Assembly: GCA_017642585.1 (NCBI GenBank)
Contig: JAGCOR010000019.1
Span: forward strand, 9,197 to 73,196
DNA from: Alphaproteobacteria bacterium
GTDB lineage: Bacteria > Pseudomonadota > Alphaproteobacteria > Rs-D84
Direction of reading: 5' to 3'
Length of the DNA: 64,000 nucleotides
Shown here: piece by piece, positions 56,746 through 64,000 of the stretch
Position numbering within the stretch: the stretch's first letter is position 1
How the letters are laid out: the number at the start of each line of letters is the position of its first letter
Notes under the pieces: generated by a model
Database searches by the model: none
Seen by the model: only the letters and a program-made list of their open reading frames with translations
Told to the model about the DNA's origin: nothing
Program-made: the position numbers and the translations under genes

Positions 56746-57459
56746 ATGGAAAAGATGTGTAATCCCAATAAAAAATTTTATAGTTTTTTATGTATGTCGT
56801 TGATGTTTTTTTGCTTCAACACCAATACCACATATGCCGAAGAAGTATGTGGTCGAAATTATTATGTTGCGGCATGTAAAGACCCAGTAACAAATGCAAA
56901 TGTGCGGATAGGGACAAATTTACTGAAGGGTTTTTATTATACAGGAGACAACGACCAGCAAGAAATCAACCCAAATTATTATGATTATTTTGGGGGAAGA
57001 AATATGCAAAACTTGCATATATTTTTTTCAACAGGCACGGGAAGTAATGATATAATCATATATTATACTCATGATAACGAACGGCGTACTGTACCTACAA
57101 GTGTCCATAAAAACTCTCGCAAGAATTTTTTTAAGACGTACTGTCCAAATAAAAGTTCGATTGTATGTGCCAAATGTCCAAATGGCGGTAAAACGTCCGC
57201 TTCTTCTATTTCTGCGTCTGCCGATGGAACTGATACGATCTGGGATTTAAAGAGTATTGCTGATTGTTATGTTTCTAAATTTGCAGATTCCACAGGATCT
57301 TATGAATATATTACGGATATAAACTATATGGACCGTAAAGAAGAATGTCGTTATGCCCCGGACGTACCTGGGGACCAAATTATACCAAACAACCTATTAT
57401 ACGGACCTGAACAGGAACAGGGACACGAACAGGGAGACGACCAACCCGCCGCAGATTAG
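56746..57459 (+). CDS. secreted Cys-containing hypothetical protein
   Basis: Hydrophobic N-terminus ending …TYA|EE. The exact start is uncertain (56692, 56746 or later). Confidence 0.5.
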   Translation: MEKMCNPNKKFYSFLCMSLMFFCFNTNTTYAEEVCGRNYYVAACKDPVTNANVRIGTNLLKGFYYTGDNDQQEINPNYYDYFGGRNMQNLHIFFSTGTGSNDIIIYYTHDNERRTVPTSVHKNSRKNFFKTYCPNKSSIVCAKCPNGGKTSASSISASADGTDTIWDLKSIADCYVSKFADSTGSYEYITDINYMDRKEECRYAPDVPGDQIIPNNLLYGPEQEQGHEQGDDQPAAD

Positions 57460-57466
57460 GATTAAT

Positions 57467-57793
57467 TTAATGTCCGTGTGCAAACAAATGCAAAACAACA
57501 CTGATAATAAATAACCCCGTTATTATTCCCAATGCGATTTTTTGTTTTTTATGTGAATTTTCTTCGTTGCATTCAGAACAAGGACAATCGCGCATAGTCA
57601 AAATCCAAGACAATCCCAACATCAAAGCAGAAAATACAAACATCCAAGGTTCCAACCATTCTGGTACCATTTCTGTGTGTGCAATTTCTGGGGCAAACAA
57701 TCCTATCAAAGACAATACCACCGGTAACACACAACAAAATAAATGTGGCAACAAAGTTGCTATAATTCCGTATTTAATCGCTTTGTTTTTCAT
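57467..57793 (-). CDS. small membrane protein with paired-Cys motifs (MerC-like?)
   Basis: Three to four TM helices, with HLFCCVLP and CPCSEC motifs. The family call is tentative. Confidence 0.5.
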   Translation of the reverse strand: MKNKAIKYGIIATLLPHLFCCVLPVVLSLIGLFAPEIAHTEMVPEWLEPWMFVFSALMLGLSWILTMRDCPCSECNEENSHKKQKIALGIITGLFIISVVLHLFAHGH

Positions 57794-57827
57794 AACAATC
57801 TCTTTTGATTATATATGTTCTTTTTTG

Positions 57828-57903
57828 TGGCGTCCCCAGCAGAACTCGAATCTGCATCTAATCCTTAGGAGGGATTTGTTCTATCCCGTTGAACTATGGG
57901 GAC
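57828..57903 (-). tRNA. tRNA-Arg (anticodon CCU), 76 nt, CCA encoded
   Basis: The reverse complement gives GTCCCCA acceptor, anticodon stem-loop AATCC-CTCCTAA-GGATT, T-arm GCAGA-TTCGAGT-TCTGC and a TGGGGAC-G-CCA end. Confidence 0.88.
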
Positions 57904-57987
57904 CTTGGGAAAAGATTTTACAGCAATAAATTAACAATTGCAATATTCTTTATACTTTGTATAATAAGAAAAAACAAAGGGTTACAA

Positions 57988-58275
57988 ATGGCTACGATTA
58001 CACGTATAGATTTGGCAAACACTTTAAGAGAACATTTTGGTTTAACCAATGCTGACTCTTATAAAATGGTCGATATTATTTTTGATGAAATTGAACAATC
58101 TTTGATTAATGGCGAAGATGTAAAAATATCTGGATTTGGAACTTTCAAGATTTTATCTAAATCACCACGATTGGGCCGAAACCCAAAGACAGGGACACCT
58201 GCTATTATATCTGCGCGTCGTGTCGCAAGCTTCCGCCCCAGCAACGAATTCAGAAAAATTGTTTCGGGAAAATAA
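57988..58275 (+). CDS. ihfA: integration host factor alpha-like (HU/IHF family) DNA-binding protein
   Basis: GFGTFKILSKSPRLGRNPKTGTPAIISARRVASFRPS is the IHF/HU beta-arm signature. Start set at MATITR. The longer ORF overlaps the tRNA. Confidence 0.8.
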   Translation: MATITRIDLANTLREHFGLTNADSYKMVDIIFDEIEQSLINGEDVKISGFGTFKILSKSPRLGRNPKTGTPAIISARRVASFRPSNEFRKIVSGK

Positions 58276-58299
58276 ATAAAATAATCAAAGGCAACCAGA

Positions 58300-58620
58300 A
58301 TGACTGACAAAAAACCATCAAAAAAACAACGCCAAAATGAAATGCAACTTGATGTGTTCGAAGTCGCATTCGAAGACCACAAAAAGAAATTAACCACTGA
58401 ATACAAACAACATATCTACTATCTGGATTTAGAAGAACAGGCCTTGTCAGAAAGCAGTGGTAATTGGATGGAAGATATAGAAGATAGGAATGACAGAAAC
58501 AATCAACGATTTAATGATGATGATATAGAATCTCGCAGACAAAAATACAAGAAAGAATACGAACAAAAAGTACAAAAGTTAAAAGCGGATATAATCCCAG
58601 AACAAATACAAAAACGCTGA
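58300..58620 (+). CDS. hypothetical highly charged protein, 106 aa
   Basis: Intact ORF 24 nt after the IHF-like gene, followed by a terminator. Confidence 0.45.
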   Translation: MTDKKPSKKQRQNEMQLDVFEVAFEDHKKKLTTEYKQHIYYLDLEEQALSESSGNWMEDIEDRNDRNNQRFNDDDIESRRQKYKKEYEQKVQKLKADIIPEQIQKR

Positions 58621-58640
58621 TATAAAAATCAGCGTTTTTC
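58615..58640 (+). terminator. rho-independent terminator
   Basis: CGCTGA-tataaaaa-TCAGCG followed by TTTTT. Confidence 0.65.
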
Positions 58641-58654
58641 ATATTCATAATTTA

Positions 58655-60637
58655 TTACCACAAATTCACACGTTTCTCAGGTGCAACATACATCGCATCT
58701 GATTCAGTAATATTAAACACATCATACCATGCATTAACATGTGGTAAAATACCATTCACGCGCCAACGACCTAATGAATGTTCGTTGGTTTTAGTTTGAC
58801 GCAATAATGCTTCATCACTGATGTTATTTGTTTCCGTCATGGCTTCCGCGATAAAGAATCTTTGATCTGGTGTTAAACCATACGCATCTTCTGATTTTTC
58901 ACCAAAGTTTTTATACGCAGTATATGATATAGTCATACCACCATAATCAGCCAAATTTTCACCCAATGTAAATTTACCATTTGCATGTGTATTTGGTGCA
59001 ACAACGATATTATCAAAGAAATCAACCATGATTTTTGCATGTTCTTCAAAACGTGCAACATCTTCTGGGGTCCACCAATCACGCATATTGCCATCTTTAT
59101 CATAATGGCGACCTTGGTCATCAAAACCATGTGTCATTTCATGTCCAATCACAGAACCAATCGCACCATAATTAAATGCATCATCCGCATCCATATCAAA
59201 GAAAGGATATTGTAATATTCCAGCGGGAAAACAAATTTCATTTGTTTGTGGATCATAATACGCATTGACCTGGTGTGCATTCATATACCAAATGGACATA
59301 TCTTTTTCCTGACCGACCTTGGCCAACCAAAAATCATCTTCGAATGCGTCAGCACGTCTGATATTTTCAAACAAAGAATCATTTTTGATTTCCAATTTTG
59401 AATAATCGCGCCATTTATCTGGATATCCAATTTTGGCTGTGAATGTGTGCAATTTTTCAATTGCTTGCTTTTTTGTTTCATCGCTCATCCAATCCAAATC
59501 TTTTATACGCATTTCCAACGCGCGTTGTAAATTATTCACCAATTTTTCCACACGTCTTTTTGCAGCTTCTGGGAAATATTTTTTAACATATATGCGACCT
59601 GTTTCTTCGCCCAGCACACCATCAATCAGTGCAACAGCACGTTTCCAACGATCTCTTTTTTCTTTTTGCCCAGACATAACACGATTATAAAAATCAAAGG
59701 TTATATCATATGTTTTATCGTCCAACAAGACCGCAGCAGAATTCATCATGCGCAATTTCAAATAATCTTTGATTGTGTCTAAATCAAATTCTGACATTAT
59801 CACAACAGATTCCTTGATTGCTTCGGGTTGCATTACATTTACAACGGACGGTTTTACACCGCGGGATTCAAAATATTTATCCCAATCAAAATCTGTGATT
59901 TCTGTCTTTAATTCATCAAAAGATTTTTTGTGATAATTCGCTAATGGGTCACGCAATTTTTCTTTTGTGTAAAAAGATTTTGCCATGCGTTCTTCCAAAG
60001 CATAAACTTTGTCGACATTTAATTTCACACCAAAATTATCTGCCAATTTTTTTATATAATCTTTGTATTTAGTGCGAATTTCCACAGATTTTTCATCCTT
60101 GTCAAAATAATAATCACGATTCAAACCTGTTCCTGATTGGGTAATTATGAAAATATAATGAGTGCTGTCTTTGTCATCCAACAATACCCCATCATCCCAA
60201 AACGCATTCATATATTTTTGATTTTTACCAAGATAGATGGCCAAATCTTCGCGTGTTTTAATATTATCAATCTCTGCCAAATATGGTTTCACAGGTTCTG
60301 TTTTTTCAGCATTTAATTTGTCTGTATCCATAAATACTTTATACAGAGTTCCCACACGCCCCGTATCATTTTTTATCATTTCATGAACGCGTTCGTCATT
60401 TATTTTATTAACCATTTCGAATGAACCAAATCTGGTGTAATCATTTGGTAATGGGTTATTTGTGCGCCAACCGCGTGTTGCGTAATCATAAAAATCATCA
60501 CCTGGCTTTACAGACAAATCCATATTTTCCTGTTTAATACCAACTTGCATCACTTTCTCCTTTGTTAAAAAAATTGCAAATACAATCGCAACACATACGG
60601 CGATTATTCCAATAATATTCCAAATTTTGTGTTTCAT
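58655..60637 (-). CDS. pepO: M13 family (PepO/neprilysin-like) zinc metallopeptidase
   Basis: VIGHEMTHGFD (HExxH) and GENLADYGG (ENxADxGG), with an N-terminal membrane anchor. Confidence 0.88.
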   Translation of the reverse strand: MKHKIWNIIGIIAVCVAIVFAIFLTKEKVMQVGIKQENMDLSVKPGDDFYDYATRGWRTNNPLPNDYTRFGSFEMVNKINDERVHEMIKNDTGRVGTLYKVFMDTDKLNAEKTEPVKPYLAEIDNIKTREDLAIYLGKNQKYMNAFWDDGVLLDDKDSTHYIFIITQSGTGLNRDYYFDKDEKSVEIRTKYKDYIKKLADNFGVKLNVDKVYALEERMAKSFYTKEKLRDPLANYHKKSFDELKTEITDFDWDKYFESRGVKPSVVNVMQPEAIKESVVIMSEFDLDTIKDYLKLRMMNSAAVLLDDKTYDITFDFYNRVMSGQKEKRDRWKRAVALIDGVLGEETGRIYVKKYFPEAAKRRVEKLVNNLQRALEMRIKDLDWMSDETKKQAIEKLHTFTAKIGYPDKWRDYSKLEIKNDSLFENIRRADAFEDDFWLAKVGQEKDMSIWYMNAHQVNAYYDPQTNEICFPAGILQYPFFDMDADDAFNYGAIGSVIGHEMTHGFDDQGRHYDKDGNMRDWWTPEDVARFEEHAKIMVDFFDNIVVAPNTHANGKFTLGENLADYGGMTISYTAYKNFGEKSEDAYGLTPDQRFFIAEAMTETNNISDEALLRQTKTNEHSLGRWRVNGILPHVNAWYDVFNITESDAMYVAPEKRVNLW

Positions 60638-61701
60638 TTTATTAAATCCAATATTAAGTTATCTAATATTAAAAAACCTTTGGGCAAAGCATACAGATAT
60701 TTATCAGATAAAGCAACCAAATCATTATGTTTTTTTATCCAATCTGTATTTATTTGATTCAGCACATATGAATCCAGTTCTACCCCGCGTGTTGTACGAA
60801 TACCTGTGATAATTTTTTCGACAGTTCGTGTTTCATTACTGATTTTTTCAAATCTTTCATTATTGCCCATTTCATCATACCACACACCGTCTATGTATGG
60901 TCGACCTGCGGCCCCACGACCAATTCCAATATATGCCCCGCCCCACCAAATATTTTGATTATGTCTGCATTCTTGACCAGGCGTGGCATAATTAGATACT
61001 TCATATCGTGGCAAATTTAAAGTCCCTTGTATTGCTTCATACATTCGCGCCATGGTTTCATTGTCTGGCATATTCAAATTCATTTGGCCAAATGGGGTAT
61101 GTTTTTCGATTGTTAATTCATACATTGAAACATGTTCCAATTTTAATTGGTTTATTTGTTTGCATAAATTTTCCACCGATTTTTCATTATGATTTGGCAA
61201 CCCATAAATAAAATCACCCGACACTCGCAAATTCATATTTTGGGCGGTTTTTAGTAAATTCAACGCCTGGCGCACATCATGTTTTCGCCCTAAAAATTCC
61301 AATTCACCATCCGTCAAAGATTGAACACCCACGGATAAACGATTTACACCACAGCGAACAAAATCACGTAATTTATTTGCATCCAAAGTTCCTGGATTTG
61401 ATTCCAGTGTTATTTCGCAATTTTCGTCCAAATCAAAACATTTTTGAATACATGACATAATCTGGTCAAAAGTACTTGTAGGCATCAAAGAAGGTGTTCC
61501 CCCACCAAAAAACACGGTTGGAATCTTAATTCGGCCTAATTTTTCAGCCCAAAATTGTAATTCACTGCAAATGCCATCTGCATATTTTTTCCAATCGGGC
61601 TGTAAATTTGCAACTGAATAAAAAGCACAGTATTTGCATTTAGACATACAAAACGGAACATGAATATAAATATTATGCGGACAATTCATACCAGACATCA
61701 T
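60634..61701 (-). CDS. hemW: radical SAM heme chaperone HemW / oxygen-independent coproporphyrinogen oxidase-like
   Basis: YIHVPFCMSKCKYCAF (CxxxCxxC). GGGTPS and later HemN-family blocks follow. The start may be 61689 instead. Confidence 0.85.
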   Translation of the reverse strand: MMSGMNCPHNIYIHVPFCMSKCKYCAFYSVANLQPDWKKYADGICSELQFWAEKLGRIKIPTVFFGGGTPSLMPTSTFDQIMSCIQKCFDLDENCEITLESNPGTLDANKLRDFVRCGVNRLSVGVQSLTDGELEFLGRKHDVRQALNLLKTAQNMNLRVSGDFIYGLPNHNEKSVENLCKQINQLKLEHVSMYELTIEKHTPFGQMNLNMPDNETMARMYEAIQGTLNLPRYEVSNYATPGQECRHNQNIWWGGAYIGIGRGAAGRPYIDGVWYDEMGNNERFEKISNETRTVEKIITGIRTTRGVELDSYVLNQINTDWIKKHNDLVALSDKYLYALPKGFLILDNLILDLIK

Positions 61702-61751
61702 AATTCATGAAAATTTAAAATCAACATAAACAAACACTTTTTTTAACCTTA

Positions 61752-61767
61752 AATTTATGATATAATA
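61752..61767 (+). promoter_or_regulatory. extended -10 promoter element AATTTATGATATAATA
   Basis: Identical 16-mer to 50663-50678. The flanks are also similar (CTTTTTTTAA upstream, CAC downstream). Confidence 0.55.
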
Positions 61768-61785
61768 ATCACCAGAAAGGAAGAG

Positions 61786-63276
61786 ATGAAAAAATCATTT
61801 TTGTCTGTTTTGTGCGGGTTTGTTATACCTTTGTCTTGCTTTGCATCGAACGAAGGTGTTCCGTCATATTACGCAAACCCAACACAAATGAATGCTAATC
61901 GTGCTGCGTACGGTAAATACCAACAGTATGGATATACAAAATATGTTGGAAATACCGGCAAACGCCAGGTTTTATCTTCCGAAAATTATTCTTACCAGGT
62001 ACAAAACCCTTTCTATAACCAGTATAAACAAAACAACGGTATGATGACCGCAAATGGTATTGCAACGGCTGTTGATGACCACAAAACAACTGTTTCTGCT
62101 GGCTATTCGCGCAGATTTGCAGATTTTGAATTCAAAACAGGTGTTAATTCCATTTTGGAATGGGATGATATGCTGTTTAATGAAATAGATTTTGGTGTAA
62201 AACACGTTTTTGATATCCGCGGATTTGATTTGGCTGTTTATGGAAATTACTCTTTCGGTGAACTGTCAACTGGCGGTTTATCAATGGATTACGATTTGGA
62301 ACCATATGATTACGCATATCCAATGGACGGTATTTTCACAATATCTATTGGGGATCAAACTGGCAATACAAATCGTTTACGTGTTGGTATCGGCGCCCAT
62401 CATATTTGGGATATTGCTGGTTGGAAAGTTACCCCACATATTGGGTATGAAATATTCAAACATAATTTGAAGATGGGCAATCATATATACCCGAATCCTG
62501 GGGTATATCTGCCTTTGATGACAAATTCTGGCGATTATGTTTTCGGTGATTTAGAGGGTAATTATTATGCCGTTGCCCAAGATGTAGGCATTGATGATGA
62601 TTCTGGTTTATTCCAAATCTGTATGGGGCCAGAAGATATCAAAGTTGTGGCTGCACCATCATCTGGAACATCAATTAATGGCGTTTTGTTCCCATTGGGT
62701 GATACATTAACAACTATCGATTACACATCCAGCATGGGCGATTTACCTTGGGGCGTTACCGAAGGCGAATGCGTTGTTATCGGCGGTGATGGCATGATTC
62801 AAGTTGATGGCACAACACATATCTATAACACAACATGGTCTGGATTTTATCTGGGATTAGAATTAGAAAAACAGATGACATTGGCTGATAAATTGCGTTT
62901 CTATGTCCAAGTCAGCATGCCAAAATATTCATCCGAAGGGACATGGCCAAATCGTGATGACTGGCAACAAAATCCATCTTTCTTGGATGAAGGCGACAAT
63001 GGTTCGTTTGCTTATTCTGCTGAAATGGAATATTCATATCAAATATCAGACCGCATGGCTTTGTCAATTCGTGCAGATACAAATTATTTCCATGTGGGTA
63101 AAATACCTGGGGAATTGTATGTTGCAGCAACACAAATCTATGTTGAAGACGAAGAAAACCCTGGTAATTTCGTTATCGAAGAACAACCTGCATATACAGA
63201 ACACGTATCAGAATCATTAAAAGAAGCAACTTGGCGTTCATTTGGTGTGTATGTTGGGTTGAAATATTCTTTTTAA
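61786..63276 (+). CDS. outer-membrane beta-barrel protein, 496 aa
   Basis: Signal peptide (…SCFA|SN), beta-strand periodicity and a C-terminal …LKYSF. Confidence 0.7.
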   Translation: MKKSFLSVLCGFVIPLSCFASNEGVPSYYANPTQMNANRAAYGKYQQYGYTKYVGNTGKRQVLSSENYSYQVQNPFYNQYKQNNGMMTANGIATAVDDHKTTVSAGYSRRFADFEFKTGVNSILEWDDMLFNEIDFGVKHVFDIRGFDLAVYGNYSFGELSTGGLSMDYDLEPYDYAYPMDGIFTISIGDQTGNTNRLRVGIGAHHIWDIAGWKVTPHIGYEIFKHNLKMGNHIYPNPGVYLPLMTNSGDYVFGDLEGNYYAVAQDVGIDDDSGLFQICMGPEDIKVVAAPSSGTSINGVLFPLGDTLTTIDYTSSMGDLPWGVTEGECVVIGGDGMIQVDGTTHIYNTTWSGFYLGLELEKQMTLADKLRFYVQVSMPKYSSEGTWPNRDDWQQNPSFLDEGDNGSFAYSAEMEYSYQISDRMALSIRADTNYFHVGKIPGELYVAATQIYVEDEENPGNFVIEEQPAYTEHVSESLKEATWRSFGVYVGLKYSF

Positions 63277-63288
63277 TAAATTAACGAC

Positions 63289-64000
63289 ATGAAGTGTAAA
63301 TTGGCTCGTTTTTTCGGGATATTTCTGTGCATTGGCATTATATCGCACAGTGCGTTTGCTGAACGCGGTGTTTTTGATTTAGAACGTTGGGACAGCCTGT
63401 TAAACACTATTCGCAACAAAGCCATCAATGAAAGAATTTCTGTTTCTGTGATTGATGATACATTAAAAAATCCTTCCTTTATTCCGGGCATCGTAAAATC
63501 AGATAAAAATCAATCTGAATTTACATTGACATTGGATGAATATTTGCAACGCACCGTCAGTAGTAAACGTGTTTTACAGGGCCAAAAGAAAGCACGCGAA
63601 TACCCAACTATGTTGAACATAGTTGAAAAGAAATATGGTGTGCCTAAAAATGTTATTTTAGCATTCTGGGGGTTGGAATCTAATTACGGAAAAGTAAAAT
63701 CAAAATACCAATTAACAGATTCTTTCTTGACCCTGATTTACGAAGGCAGACGTGAAGAATTCTTTTCTAAACAATTATTGGCTTTGATGAAAATTGCTGA
63801 TAAAAACAAATTAAAAATCAAAAACATACGTGGCAGTTGGGCTGGCGCAATGGGACATTTTCAGTTTATCCCAACAACATTGTCTATGTATGGAATTGAT
63901 GGCAATAACGACGGCAGAATTGATATTATAAACAGTATCGGTGATGCGATGCACAGTGCTGCAAATTATTTGAATAAATTGGGATGGAACAAAGACGAAA
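63289..64000 (+). CDS. mltB: lytic murein transglycosylase (MltB-like), 5' part; runs off the window
   Basis: The frame is open from the ATG at 63289 to the window end. Signal peptide, FWGLESNYG (catalytic Glu context) and GAMGHFQFIPTT. It is absent from the ORF track because there is no stop codon in the window. Confidence 0.8.
   Translation, partial: MKCKLARFFGIFLCIGIISHSAFAERGVFDLERWDSLLNTIRNKAINERISVSVIDDTLKNPSFIPGIVKSDKNQSEFTLTLDEYLQRTVSSKRVLQGQKKAREYPTMLNIVEKKYGVPKNVILAFWGLESNYGKVKSKYQLTDSFLTLIYEGRREEFFSKQLLALMKIADKNKLKIKNIRGSWAGAMGHFQFIPTTLSMYGIDGNNDGRIDIINSIGDAMHSAANYLNKLGWNKDE

Noticed and set aside
56628-56768. The N-terminal extension of the thioredoxin-fold ORF.
   Set aside because: The extension has no signal-peptide logic, whereas the internal MKILKFAFLFMGLISVANA is a textbook signal peptide.
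57889-57987. The N-terminal extension of the IHF-like ORF (MNYGDLGK...).
   Set aside because: It overlaps the tRNA-Arg gene. The conserved IHF/HU sequence starts at MATITR (57988).
63273-63491. The 72-aa minus-strand ORF at the right end of the window.
   Set aside because: It lies antisense to the strongly supported MltB-like frame that is open from 63289 to the window end.

Overview
AT-rich chromosome segment of a Gram-negative-type bacterium. Envelope and core markers are lgt, beta-barrel OMPs, an IHF-like protein, CvpA and MltB. There are three aminoacyl-tRNA synthetase genes and three tRNA genes that encode their CCA ends. Eukaryote-like ankyrin proteins suggest a host-associated lifestyle, but no taxon can be assigned from the sequence alone.

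Layout:
(1) 0.1-9.4 kb holds a giant ankyrin protein with about 40 repeats. It sits among nucleic-acid enzymes: a DUF2130-type Zn-ribbon/PD-(D/E)XK protein, an anchorless FtsK-like ATPase, a mini pyrophosphatase-like protein, a beta-CASP MBL nuclease and a small ANK protein. Four promoters here carry the same 15-bp near-palindrome at a fixed distance from a -10 box.
(2) 9.4-14.2 kb holds an ABC-F ATPase, a short alaS, an orphan gene and a lipoprotein.
(3) 14.2-44.7 kb is accessory DNA. It is bounded and subdivided by five copies of a junction module ('hairpin + TGGCGGA + ACAGGGAA repeats') that matches the 3' end of tRNA-Ser(UGA) at 44749-44838. The segments carry:
- a markedly lower-GC six-gene biosynthetic cluster next to tyrS;
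- a HATPase/Z1/PD-(D/E)XK/AIPR/Dcm operon, a DUF2924 gene, a large serine recombinase and a Lamassu-like pair;
- a class II Fic protein, a Hachiman-like pair, a recombinase remnant and an orphan gene.
(4) 44.9-64 kb is core: lgt, a BI-1-like protein, ferredoxin, dimeric-type glyQS, three OMPs, a U32 peptidase, tRNA-Thr, cvpA, tRNA-Arg, an IHF-like protein, an M13 peptidase, hemW and a partial mltB.

No CRISPR array or rRNA gene was seen. All family assignments rest on motifs read by eye and on recalled family signatures. No database search was run.
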